Assembly (NCBI RefSeq): GCF_006345805.1
Contig: NC_043004.1
Location: forward strand, 63,178,001 to 63,242,000
Direction: 5' to 3'
Origin: Octopus sinensis
Taxonomy: Eukaryota
DNA: 64,000 nucleotides
Positions 37,266-51,592 of the stretch are shown piece by piece (position 1 is the stretch's first letter; each line of letters begins with the position of its first letter). The notes beneath the pieces were generated by a model. That model saw only the letters and a list, made by a program, of their open reading frames with translations. It made no database searches and was not told the DNA's origin. The position numbers and the translations under genes were made by a program.

Positions 37266-37525
37266 TATTTATTTGCTGCCGATAAATTTGGCGCGAGTGC
37301 GATGATTTGAAAATTTTAGGTCAGATATTAACTTGGCAGGGTCGGAAATGCCTCGTGTAAATATCTGTTCCGACTTGTGGCTATTTCTTACTGAAGAATC
37401 TGAAATTACAGGGTAAATGTTTTTTAAATGTTCTCCTGTTTACGGAATTGACTTTTATTTGCGGTTGAAGCTTTGGCTGTTATTTCTAGTGGGTGAATGG
37501 CCTATTATGGCCGTTCCTTGATTGT

Positions 37526-37529
<4 letters not shown>
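37266..37529 (+). repeat. Inverted, internally deleted partial copy of the 492-bp unit
   Basis: 37266-37403 and 37402-37529 are reverse complements of two non-adjacent parts of the unit. Followed by (TA)n to 37565. Confidence 0.95.
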
Positions 37530-37568
<39 letters not shown>

Positions 37569-37938
37569 GGCTGTGCATTTTCTATGAGAAATCTGGTTCC
37601 ATCATATCATACACACACATATATACTTACCCACCATAGTTTCGCATTGATTCACACTGTATCAGTAATTCAATTTGCAAAAACACAAATCTGTCTTGTG
37701 TCAAGTAAATGTCACCAACATAGTTGCCAATTTTGCAACAGTGATCACATCGAGTAAGCTTAATATATTGAGTGGTTAATATGTTATTCCTCAAAATGTA
37801 ATATCAATATATACTGAATAATACTTTTATTTCGAACATTGTCATGGCATTGAAAATAAGAAAATAGTGTGCAGTAAATGATAGGTATGGTATTCATTCC
37901 ACATCAAGTACACTCGATAAATAACATCATATACTTAC

Positions 37939-37986
37939 CGGTATTTACAATATGTTTTGGTATCGCCATTGGTGATTCCATCCCGT
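37939..37986 (-). CDS. Probable stalk exon: (D)GMESPMAIPKHIVNT
   Basis: Acceptor aatttttacag, donor gtaagt, 48 nt, phase 1 to 1, open frame. No family motif to confirm it. Confidence 0.55.
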
Positions 37987-38946
37987 CTGTAAAAATTATA
38001 CAAATGATACATTTTGTTATGCACAGAAATATATAGATACAGCTTGCGTGCACAGCATTGCACGATACAATCTCACAGATATATATATATACATATATAT
38101 GTAATCGTCTCATTACTGATGATTGTAGTGGTGATGATGGCAGTGAGAACATTTCGAATTATGTAAAGAGAGGAAATGCCATGCTCTTGGTTCCTGATAA
38201 TTAGAATTTCGATTAATATAAAAATCAATCCAAATAAGTATTTTGAGTGTCCCATAAAATCCGTAGCAGAAAAATGTGATTTACGTCGAGAGACTCATAT
38301 TGAGTATTTATGCAATTGTGATGTGATTAAACTTTGGGTGTGTAATTTGAAGATGAAATTTGCATCGTAATCAGTCTACGTGTCCACAGCATTCTCTTTT
38401 GGAATCACTTACAGTGATTTATAGTAAGAGCAATATACTGCAGTAGATGATCGATATGCAGCCTTTTGAAATTTGAATGATGAAATTGAAAGTGAAATGC
38501 ATTGTGTAACATTGTAACAAAATAACACAGGGTATGCGGATAATTCATCGGAATAAGGTAAATAAACTAGGTAACGAAAACAAAATGCTAATTAAATTGA
38601 AGCAAATACACTGAAGCGATAGACTTACAATAAAACTAATACGAATATCTTGCAAAATAATATATGCAGCTTAACATAGAATGATTTCTGAAGTCTAAGC
38701 AAATTGTTTCTAAAGAGAAAAAAGTGTTTTATTTCTCCTTCTCTTTCTCACGTGAGATGACATGGATGCGAATATTAAACAATTTTGGTCTGTATATAGT
38801 ACTTACACGTTGAAAGAATTGTATAAGGTCCCTAAATGTTGAGCATGTTGAAGAAATGCCTTCTATGTCGATAATAGTACTAGATTGCTATCAAAAGCCC
38901 TCGCAAAAGTATTGGATATAGAATGTCATTTTTATATATCAACATC

Positions 38947-39270
38947 TAAGGCGGCAAGCTGGTAGAATTGTTAGCACTTCAGACAAATTGCTTACCCACT
39001 CATTCGAAATATCTGGCCTTGTACCAAAATTTGAAATGATAATTAGATTGAAAGGGAAGATGGTGAGGTGGCAAAATCGTTAGCATGCCGGACAAATTAC
39101 TTAGAGGTATTTCGTCCGTCTTTACGTTCTAAATTCTGGCGAGGTCGACTTTGCCTTTCAACCTTTCCGTATCGTCAAATTACGTACCAGTGAAACGCTG
39201 GGATCGATGTAATTCATTAATCCACTTCCCCAACATTTCAGGTCTGTACTATAGTAGAATGGATTATTCG
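38947..39270 (+). mobile_element. Two SINE family A fragments
   Basis: AAGGCGGCAAGCTGGTAGAATTGTTAGC at about 38947 and GTGGCAAAATCGTTAGC..GAGGTCGACTTTGCC from about 39065. Confidence 0.75.
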
Positions 39271-39981
39271 TTTGACCATGACAAAATACAAGATTAATAC
39301 TAGATAGAAAAAAAAAAACCTCATAATAAAATTCTCTCATAACTTTCTAGTGAAGAAGATTTAAATTCCTGATGGTCTGAGAGATTGGATGAAAGAAAAA
39401 GACGTTTAGCGAATTTACATCACTGATAAGTAACACCAATAACGAGGAGGGTATCAATATCTATAGCTAAAGATCAATATCTATAGCTAATTAAATGCAC
39501 ATTGTAACCTTGATGATGCCATCCTTCTACAATTAGTGCATTTAGGACAACATTATACACTAATTTTCTTTATTTTCATACGAATAAGCTGCCGTTTCAA
39601 GGAAGTTTGATTCCTATTTCTTGGTGGTTGTAGATTATGTATGATAGATACGTGTTTGCTTTGTTTCAGTTATAGATATTTTTTCTTGTTATTCCATTCC
39701 AAGATGAGATTTGATCGAGATAAACTATGAAGAAATATATTCCAGATTTGACCGACTGATTTTTCTTCATAAGATTCAATATATAGGAAGTATTGTTTCT
39801 AATAACATATGCAACTTGAATAAAATTTGTGATGATGATTATAAGGACGATGGTAACTAGATAGAGAAGAAGGATGGCGAAAATGATGAGCTGTTATGTG
39901 TGATGCACGTGGTGGTGGTGCAGGCTCTTATGCGATAAATGTGATGTGTTGGTGTTCGTATTACGGAGGAGGATACTTTAC

Positions 39982-40097
39982 CTTGTCTTTGATTAGCATT
40001 ACGTAGTTTTACGCACAACACCGCTACTACAACCACTGTAAGTATTATTACCATTACCACGATTCCAATAATACGAATGTCTCGCTTGTTCCAGGGA
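39982..40097 (-). CDS. M13 peptidase signal-anchor exon: PWNKRDIRIIGIVVMVIILTVVVVAVLCVKLRNANQRQ
   Basis: Acceptor atgttttag, donor gtaaag, 116 nt, phase 2 to 1. A 21-residue hydrophobic stretch preceded by KR fits type II topology upstream of the M13 ectodomain exons. Confidence 0.75.
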
Positions 40098-40579
40098 CTA
40101 AAACATATAGTTAAAATATTGCATGTATTTAGAAAGGGATGGAAATATTTCAATATATTTGTGATGGAAATGTAAGGCTTTAGGTAGAAAATAAAGGGAT
40201 CGAAGCTTGACCATCAAGAAAACCAAATTTCTCTCCATGTAGCATACATAACAGCGTACTAACATTAATCAATAATCCTGATCCTCCTTTCTTTCCTTCT
40301 CTTTTTCTTTCTTTCTTTCTATCGTTGTTTGTTTGCTTCTTTCATTCATTTTCTTTTTCTTCCGTCTGATACAGTAGCAACAAAAAGTAGTTTGGTGCTT
40401 TGTCTTTAAGTTTTTTCACCATAATATATATATATATATATATACATATATACATATTTATTTATTTGCATATATAGAATATATATACATATATACATAT
40501 ATATATGTATAAATATATACATTTTTCTCTAGTTTTATCTCAGGGATGCGGCCATGCTGAGGCAAAGCCGTTTTGCTAC

Positions 40580-42020
<1,441 letters not shown>

Positions 42021-42349
42021 TAGAGTATAATAGAATAAAATAGTAGACAGAAGGATAGGAAATAAAATAGAAGATAGAACAATAAAGACAGGAGGATAAA
42101 GTTCACAGCTCATTTTCTTTCAGAGAATATGGATGTTGGCCTGTACTTCAGGGGTGATATAGGTCATTAGTATAATCCCAAGTATATCCAGACAGGATTG
42201 GGGATATAGAAGCGTAGTAATTGTTGATATCAAATTATTGGAATGCGGAGGAGTTTTTATTTTCACGGAAGTGAAACTAGGCAATAACATCACCTTTTCA
42301 AAGCTAGAAGTTAACGTCTATGTTTTTTCCTAACTATATCTATTATATT

Positions 42350-42547
42350 CATTATTTACATTATTTACATTTGACGGATATTTGTCCTCATCTTGGTTGT
42401 TGTTAACAAAACGTTTCGGCTAATATACCTTCCAGGCTCCATCAGGTGTCTTGGGGAAATTTCGAAGCTGGGTTATCATTCCTAAGGTATTTTTCGATGG
42501 TATTTTTATTAATATTCAGGTCACTGCAAGGAATCGAACTCGGAATG
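42350..42547 (-). mobile_element. tRNA-headed SINE-like element with hammerhead-bearing tail (copy 2, 5'-truncated)
   Basis: Minus strand: GAGTTCGATTCC (B box), GACCTGAATATTAATAA, CATCGAAAAATACCTTAGGAATG, GACAC-CTGATGG..AGCC-GAAAC-GTT, and a (TGTAAATAA)2 tail. Confidence 0.65.
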
Positions 42548-42549
42548 TT

Positions 42550-43030
42550 ATAAATCTAATATTTTCCTATCCTTCCTTAATACCGGTTCCCACATGCTAC
42601 TCTTATCTGCACCCGGTCTGCTTAGGTGGTTGCTGTGCCCTAGCATATGTGCTGCTTCTTTACAGTTTTCTATCTTCCAGTGGTGTTCTTTGTCTGTTAT
42701 TTTAACTTTATCCTACTGTGGGAGTTGGTCTCCATTTTTCCATACATGATCACCTACAGTCGATTTATCAATATCTCCTCATGCCACAGCTTTGAGATGT
42801 TCCTCTACCCCTATTTTGATGGGGCGGCATGTTTCGCCTTTGTATAACCTAACACAGCTGCATCGGGTGGAGTACATACAGTCTTTGGTCATATTCTCTT
42901 CTATTGGTGTTTTTACTCGAAGTGTTTTATTACTCGTGAATACTGTCCTGATGTCATATGGACCGCATATCTTTTGTATCTTTTCGGACAAGCCTCTCCG
43001 GAGGGTATTATATAGTCTCATAGATTCTTA
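42550..43030 (-). mobile_element. Penelope-like GIY-YIG fragment
   Basis: ORF 42779-43021: GLSEKIQKICGPYDIRTVF..CSCVRLYKGETCRPIKIGVEEHLKAV. Confidence 0.8.
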
Positions 43031-43039
43031 TTGATTCCT

Positions 43040-44340
43040 GCTAAATCCGATTTGGTAGGGCAGATGATCCTTATAGAAAATCTAGTTATGAAATCCTGGT
43101 TGTGGTCTCTAAGGTTGAAATGTGAAACACTTGGGTTGTAGCACTCTATTCGACTGTCTACTCCAAATTCGTTCACTAGTTTACAGTAATTGGTGTTTGT
43201 GGTATCCAGGACGGATGTCGGAGCGATCCTGTTGGACTCGTGCAGTTCCTTCCTAATAAAACTAATACAGTCCTCAATAGTAAGTGAATATATATTTCCA
43301 GTTTTATCGGAGAAGACGTGCATTTTGGGTGATGAAGTAAGCTGTTTGTCCGCCCAGAATACCATTAACACCAACCACTGTAAACTGGTGAACGAACTTG
43401 GAGTAGAAGATCTTACTGAACCCTAAAAAACACCAGTTACACATTTCAACCTTAAAGACCAGAAGCCGGATTTCATAACCAAACCCCACATAAGGTTCCC
43501 CTGCCCTACCAAATCGGACTTAGTAAGACAATATAATAACTTTAGTCAAGGAAAAAATTAGAAGTTAACTACTGGTCTTGCACAGGTTATTTTATAACCA
43601 TCTTTTACCTCCTTGAAAATAAAAACACTTACTCATTCCTACAATTTTTATCAAACAATTATTGCACTTCTGTATCCCCTATCCTCCATAACAAAACTCA
43701 CATTCTGGCTGAAAACCTAACTAGCCTGACCCTCTAAGAAATAGACGTAATTGTAACTGCTAGAAAGACACTCATTTCCTTCGATGATAAGCTTTGGTGC
43801 CGATCTACCATCAATAATAATAATAGTAACAATTTCTTCGATATAACTTTGAGCTCCTCTGATTCTGCTCGGATCATGGATATGGTTGGTCTATTCCTTG
43901 ACCAGCGACTCCGCATGTATTTCCCTAATACCAAGTGGGGTTTGTATAGGGCCATTGTATTATTGGTTAATATGTGCCTATCTAGACCAGAATAGCGAAA
44001 ACTAGAACATACTTACTAAACTTATTTGCTAATTGTAATTTATCCATCACATTTGAAAACACTTAAAAAGCAGCTAATGTTCTAGATGTTATTTCAGATT
44101 TAAAATCTTCACTATAGAGCCCTACCTTAAACCTAATCAGTATCCCAGATACATTAACATGAACATTAATCACGTTCGATAGTGTAACGAAAGGCGTATC
44201 TATCCGGATATCAGCCACGTAGGAAATCTTCAATAGCCACTCTACTTACAATAACCAGACGCCAGTTGATTATCCCAGTAAATTAAATATATAGCAAGCA
44301 CTAAGGTTAAGACACACATCTCTGAACTCAATCTCGGGTG
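43040..44340 (+). mobile_element. Penelope-like RT relic with inverted 5' segment
   Basis: HFNLKD..DFITK..CPTKSDL; TARKTLISFDDKLW; FDITL..DSA..D.VG; W.LYR; NVLDV; PYLKPN..YIN. 43041-43187 is an inverted paralogue of 43377-43523. Confidence 0.72.
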
Positions 44341-45016
44341 TGGGGCATACCCCACTATGGACACGTAAAAAGTCTCCCAGTGTAGACATACACAATGAAA
44401 GCTTGCTACAAACCTAAAAGAACCTCGACCAGGACGCTCTCGGCCGTCCTACGCTTACCCGTATAACTCTCGGTCGAAATTGAAGCTGATAATGAACACT
44501 GAGTGCCGGAACTCTCTTCTAATAAATAAGATAGATTAAACTTCCCCTATATTGCCTAATGAAGGTGAAAGAACGTCGATTCTCTGGTTTACACTCGCAT
44601 TCGATTTAAACGTTAGGAGCTTAGACAAAATCTTTTTTTACAATAGTAGACTGTTAACTTCTCATCTCACCATAAATACCACTCATTCTTAAAAAATCGA
44701 CCCTGAAATCATCCTCCTCTTCTCCGCCCAGTATAGAATCTAATGTTACTTCATCTAATAAGCGAAAACTTAATTCAATCTGCATGAATAACGCATATAA
44801 GCAGTGCTGTCAAAATATATATATAATCATAGCATAGGTTAATGCAGCGACAACACTAACACCGGCCACAACTGTAACTCTAGCACTATAACCAGAATAA
44901 ATCAGGAAACGGATATGATAGCTTTCGAAGATGGTCGAAGTACGGCTAAGACGAATGTTACTACTAATACTAATACTAATACTACGCGGCTGCTACCAGT
45001 ACAATTACTACTGCTG

Positions 45017-45090
<74 letters not shown>

Positions 45091-45147
45091 TAATAATTAT
45101 AAAATCAACAACGTGAATATCAGTATATATGTGTATATGTAGATATA

Positions 45148-45547
45148 CTCTTTTACTTGTTTCAGTCATTTGATTGTGGCCATGATGGAGCACCGCCTTT
45201 AGTCGAGCAAATCGACCCCAGGACTTATTCTTTGTAAAACCTAGTACTTATTCAATCGTTCTGTTTTGCCGAACCGCTAAGTTACGGTGACGTAAACACA
45301 CCAGCATCGGTTGGTCAAGCGATGTTGGGGGTACAAACACTGACACACAAACACACACACATATATATATACATATATATATACGACGGGCTTCTTTCAG
45401 TTTCCATCTGCCAAATCCACTCACAAGGCTTTGGTTGGCCCGAGGCTATAGTAGAAGACACTTGCCCAAGATGCCACGCAGTGGGACTGAACCTAGAACT
45501 ATGTGGTTGGTAAGCAAGCTGCATCCCACACAGCCACACCTGCGCCT
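45148..45547 (-). mobile_element. SINE family B, near full length
   Basis: Colinear with 15632-16041. Confidence 0.88.
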
Positions 45548-46689
45548 ATATATATACATTATTGTTTTCTCTGCCATAAATTACAAATAGAACAGTTTGA
45601 ATTGCCTCTTCTCAAGGGCAAAATCAGCACTTCCAGCGGTAGCTGGTAGTAGTAAACACATTTGACCTCCGCTGACCCAAAATGTTCCAAGATTCTTTGT
45701 CCCTATGGCTGACCTCCCCACCAACTGCCGAATCTATTTATAGACCTGTAGAATCACTAAGGTGCTATTTTCCCTCCCCCATTTCTTTCAAAAACCACAT
45801 ATGTATGATTATCCCAAGTACAAGAAAATAAGAACATTTAACAAAATCTTTAAATAATAAATTGAAATAGTAATAATGATAATAACAGCGGTATTGGTGG
45901 TGATGGTGTTAATGATAAAAATTAAAATAATGATAATATGCTGCAAATGCTATACTACAAATACTACAACTACTACTACTCTGATAGCACAGGAATATCA
46001 GTGATATCAGTGATGATAATAATAATAATAATAATGAAAAAAGCGTGTAGAGTTTCCCCGAGTCTCCCCATGTCTTGATTAATGATACATCTAGTGATGG
46101 TGTCACAATGAATACACTGGTAATTGCATAACCTGATAATAGCAACCTCATATGAGTGACAATGAATAAACAAAATATTGTGAATAACGGTGGTAATGAA
46201 ACTGAAGCCATTGTTGCAAATAGCGTTACACACGGCAGGCTCCAGACTTTCGATATCCAGAAAGGTGCCACCACACACGGTCTAGATGAAGCAAGCAAAT
46301 TAATGCTGAGGTCATAGAGTGAAACTACCTGAGCAACTCGGTAGGTGAAAATGTTGCTCAAATTAGGGGTTACCGACAACGTTCCCAAAAAGGGAAAAGA
46401 AAATCCTAAAAAGGGCCAGAAAAGCCACTGCTGAAAAGCTGATAGAAAGCAAAGGAACGAAAAGAGTTGGCCTGGTACAGGCCACTAAACCTGTTGGGAA
46501 AAACGGAAACGGTAATGATAGTATTCATGAACACGAACATGTATTTGGCGGGCGTGATTGTGCCCAACCTGTAAGCAAGAATCTTCCAGAGTTATATTGA
46601 AGGTGTCCTCACTTATGTAAAAATCCCATGGAAGCTATACAACGACATGTAGAAGCTACACCCCAAAAACACCTCTAATATTAACTATA

Positions 46690-46900
46690 ATTCTATCTAT
46701 TATAAGACCGGATTGATCCGTCGTTATTACTGGAAGTCCACGTTGGAATACTCGGATAATCCAGACTGAATCGATTTGCCAGCCTATATCGCTTAAGTAG
46801 ATTGACAAGGCGAGAGTAACTTCTCCTATTAGTCAAGCCAACGCTGTCCTGACAACCAGTGTTCGTTTGTCCTCTTAAGCTAGAATCTAGCATTCTGACA
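46690..46900 (-). mobile_element. L1/Tx1 APE endonuclease fragment
   Basis: LVNLLKRYRLANRFSLDYPSIPTWTSSNNDGSIRSY resembles 'L.DR+RLD.P..P.WTW.N..GS.RSYLDR'. Confidence 0.6.
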
Positions 46901-47294
46901 AAATAGACAGATAGACTGCGTAGTTAGCGTTAAAGTAAAGGAAATACAGATACGATTCGTTTAACTAAAATTATCCAAAGTGGTTCACAATAATTGTAAC
47001 AGTCAAGTAAAACATGTAAAAGAGTAACAAAATATTGGTATGTGAATAATTTATTACAGTCAGCTTCATGCTGGTACTTCGTGAGTTGGAAAACTTCATC
47101 ATCTCTTGAAATTATGAATGGCGAAATCAAGAACCTACTCACAATAATGTTGTCAAATTCTCCGTTACTTCTACAATGTTATTTGAATTAACATAAAAAG
47201 TATGTCAATCATTGTGTTTATTATATTCATAAACTAAATTCGCATCATACACATTCAGATATTATTACTTAGTGAACTATATATATATATATAT

Positions 47295-47345
<51 letters not shown>

Positions 47346-48400
47346 TATGTATATGTTATACATATATGATTATATACATGTATGTGTGTGTATGTGGTGC
47401 GCGTGTGTGTGTGTTCTGATAGAGGGTTGGTAGATGGATAGATGATAGACGGAAAGATAGATACGTAACAGACAGTTAGATATGGTGGCATATACAAAGG
47501 GTATAAATTGGTGGGTTGCACCATCATTTTACATTTGTAGTAAGAAGCATATGTCCACTGATGATGAAGGTGATGTTGAAATTAAACTAACTCGAGTAAC
47601 ATGTTTGCAATAATCGGGATGCAGTTACTGAGAGTTTTGGTCATCCTACCCTACCGTGATTGAAAGGATTTATATTTGATATGACACTGAAGATAAAAGT
47701 GATGGTGATAATAATAAAAGATATATTAATCCTTCGAGAGAATTTCCCCTTTGCTGTATACTAATAATTCTTTGTCAGGTTACCACCTTTGTGCACTTAC
47801 TCAGACATTGCAAACATAAAGCGACCGATTAAATATAATTTTGGAACAGCAACCCTTTGTGTTCATTTATATTACGATATATATCGCTTGCATCTACAGA
47901 ATGAGAGAGGCAAACTGCTTGCAGTCATTATTCAACTTGGGGTGTAAACGTGTGAAGCTGAACACAAGCATTTTTGTCACCTACATATACAGATCCCATC
48001 TAAACTATAGGCAAATTGAATGGCATATACAAAATTATACCCGATTACATGTATAGATATTTAGATATTCCATTGTAGATATATCAATCCATCAAACAAC
48101 TATATACTACAAATGAAACAATGAAATAGTGGATCTACAGTGCGTTCCTTGATTCATGGTTCTTGTTTCAATTAGGCGGATTCGCGAGAAAATCCCATGA
48201 AAGAAAGGAATTTTTTATCAAAAATGGAGACGAACACCTTTCTCCATATGATCGAGTTGATAATTGTTATATTATTGGATATTTTCCTACTTTCTTACAT
48301 GAAACACGATGGTAGCCTAATTCACAAATAAAGAAAACATATATATTATATATATATATATATATACACATTCTATATGCATACATACATAAATACATGC

Positions 48401-48434
<34 letters not shown>

Positions 48435-48699
48435 ATGTAGGTATGTATGTATGTATGCATGTCTATTTATATATGAGAGAGAGGGGGGTAATTATGCAGT
48501 ACACTGGATATTTTAAACCCATAGTTTGGGTATGAAATTTAAATTCAATGTATATAAGGTGCGGACGATCTTGGGGACACTTGCATTTTTATCATTATTT
48601 TACTTGACTTATTTTTTTAACTTCTAGTTCAGAAAATATCAATAACAGGCCTTATGCTTACTGATGAAATGAAAAACATGCTGTGATTATGGCTTTGAA

Positions 48700-49870
48700 A
48701 GTAAGCATGGTGATTTAGGAATATCTTGGTTTCTGAATGTTGAATGATCTTTTGCCCATAAGATTCGGTGGTGAGTTAGAGAAAGAAGATGGAAGCTTAT
48801 CACTTGTATCAAAACATGAAAAGATAACATTCAATCAGAACACCTGAATTCATTTAGGAAGTTACGTAAAACATGGAGACAATCCAGAAAAGTCAATGAG
48901 ATCAATTGCAAAATGATTTCATGTGTCAGAAACAGCAGTCAGAATTTGTACATGCCCATAAGATTCGGCGTGTGAGTTGAGAAAAGAAGATGGAAGCTTA
49001 TCACTTGTATCAAAACATGAAAAAGATAACATTCAATCAGAACACCTGAATTCATTTAGGAAGTTAAGTAAAACATTGGAGACAATCCAGAAAAGTCAAT
49101 GAGATCAATTGCAAAATGATTTCATGTGTCAGAAAAAGCAGTCAGAAATGTTGTACATGGAGAGACATCAGATACAAATATTACGTAATGATGAGAGGTC
49201 AATTCATGTCAGAAAATCGAAAGAAAACCGTTAATCGGATCCAGTAGAATTTCGAACAAACTTAAAATCCATGAAAATGGTGTTATTGGATTTTTCAAAT
49301 GAGAAAACTTTGACTAGGACCAGAAATCTAACAGAAGATATGACAGATAGCATATGTGCACAACACGTCTGAGGTTCTAAGAGGAATTCACACAAAAATC
49401 TCCTGCAAGTGTCATGATTCTGGGTGAAGGACATGTGATGCCTCCTCAACCTTTTCCAAAAGGCCTTAGAATGAATGCGCTGCTGCGTAAATTGACGTTT
49501 CTGAATAAAGTTAGATCAACAGTGTATGCAATGGAAGACTTATGCCTTTCAACAAGTTTGTGTACCATCACACAAGGCTCAAATGATACAAGAATGGATA
49601 ACCGACAATTTGCATGATCACATCATTCCCAACATTTCGCCTCCTATCTCTCCAGATCTCAATCCACTGGACTACTATGTATGGAGCGTTTTTGAGAGAA
49701 ATGTCCACCTCATAGCACCCCACCATAGCACACACAATTCCCCCATAACACCAAAGATTCTTTGAAAGCTGCCATAGTTCGAGTCATGTCCGACATGAAC
49801 AAAGACAACCTAATACGAGCTTGTAAACGATCTCGACCTTGCGTAGCGTTAGTTATTGTTGCTTGTGGTG
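48700..49870 (+). mobile_element. Tc1/mariner (maT/Bmmar1-like) transposase pseudogene with 200-bp internal tandem duplication
   Basis: NPEKSMRSIA, DIRYK.YVMMRGQFMS, decayed FSDEK, AFQQ..VPSHKA, SPDLNPLDYYVWS, KDSLKAAI. 48753-48952 is repeated at about 48953-49155. Terminal inverted repeats not identified. Confidence 0.8.
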
Positions 49871-50694
49871 GTGTTTTTGACTGAATTTATTAAATTGATA
49901 ATTTAGCTTTAGCAACTTTTAATAGAGGAATGAGAACATTAAACCATTCCAAAAAAAGGATGCAGTAATCATCAGATGGAAAGTTATTTTACAAATAAAA
50001 GAATACCACGAGAATATAACTGGGACGCTGTTGAACTTTTCCGATGTCAACAATGACATAGTAGAGCTTAAGAATATAGTGTGTGAGAGGGAGTAATATG
50101 TCATTTAAGTTCAGCTACACTACTAGACTTGTTCTTAGTAGGCTGGTAGACGTGTATATGATATTTTATTATAGTAGGGTTATAAGAATGGATATCTGGG
50201 GGGACATCAGTTATTCTTTCTTATCATTAAGAAGTAATGATAAAGAATGAAGAAAGAATGAAGAAAGAAAGAACTAATGGTGAAGAAAAAGTGAAGGAAA
50301 GAATATAAAGAAAAATAAATGCGTACAAGACAGTTAGGCATGAGGTGGAAAGATGTAGGGTGTTGTTTTAGATACGAATATGTTATATACTTTAGATGGC
50401 ATCGCTTGTAATATTAGGACAAGCTTGCCTCGAGAGACTAACTTCTTAGATCCTTTTCCCAGCTATCATTTGCTTAAGCCTTCTATAAGAAAATGTCATC
50501 TACACCCATTTCCAAACTAGGTAAGAACCAGTCTAGCAGACTCTTATCACACTCGGTCACCTAATTATCATATTACTGCCTGTCACAGACTATAATCTTC
50601 ACTACAACAGCCAACTTTATAATGGAGTAATGTTCTCATTCTCCTATTTAAAAGATGATTAATGGCAAACTCTATTATTATTCATATATATATA

Positions 50695-50757
<63 letters not shown>

Positions 50758-50769
50758 TTATATATATAA

Positions 50770-50808
<39 letters not shown>

Positions 50809-51318
50809 TAAATATATTACTCATAAAATACAGTGTACATTTAACCACATAAAAGGAATCCACTCGAGATTCATCGCGCTATAAAGAACAGCTAGGTTCC
50901 AAATCCTATTTAAGCTGAGGTGTACCTGTTGATAATGATTTCACCTACCAAATTATCTTTTTTGCTAAACTAAAGTCAGAAACCAATTGTACAGGAAACT
51001 AGATTGATTGATTGATTGATTCTAGTTTCAGCTCATGAGCTGTGGCCATGCTGGGGCACCGCCAGATGGTAAAACTTTATATTTTTCATTTCATTCCTTT
51101 CGGGATTTTATCCCTAATTTTGTGGTTTTGGAATCTAGCTGTTCTTTTTAGCGGGATGAACCCTGTGAGTGGATTACTTTTATGTGTTTAAATATACAGT
51201 GTATTCTATGAGTAATACATAGTCTTTGGACTAAACTTTTACGCGCTAGGCCACTGGAAGGGAAGATGTCTATTAATTCCGATTTCCCTTCGATATGATT
51301 AAGTATTGTAAGATAGAC

Positions 51319-51351
<33 letters not shown>

Positions 51352-51548
51352 CTTACATACAGACAAATTTATAGATAGTCAAATAAATAGAGAGGTCGAT
51401 AGATATTTAGATAGATGCATACATACATACATACATATATACATATATACATACATTCGTATGTATCTACACATATGGATACATACGAATAACTGCACAT
51501 ATATTATACCAACATATATATTTTTAATGTGTGCTCTTAGTTCATATT

Positions 51549-51592
<44 letters not shown>

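Noticed and set aside
45909-46388. 159-aa hydrophobic minus-strand ORF
   Set aside because: Ends in trinucleotide repeats, no motif; lies next to Tx1 debris and is likely an antisense reading of decayed element sequence.
47143-47170. 28-nt candidate upstream micro-exon (VTENLTTL, phase 1 to 2), and a second phase-2-ending candidate near 53130-53250
   Set aside because: Phase-compatible with the signal-anchor exon but supported only by splice dinucleotides; cannot be told from chance without RNA data.
48653-48710. CTGATGA..GAAA enclosed by an 8-bp stem
   Set aside because: No stem III or NUH triplet, so the geometry is not a hammerhead.
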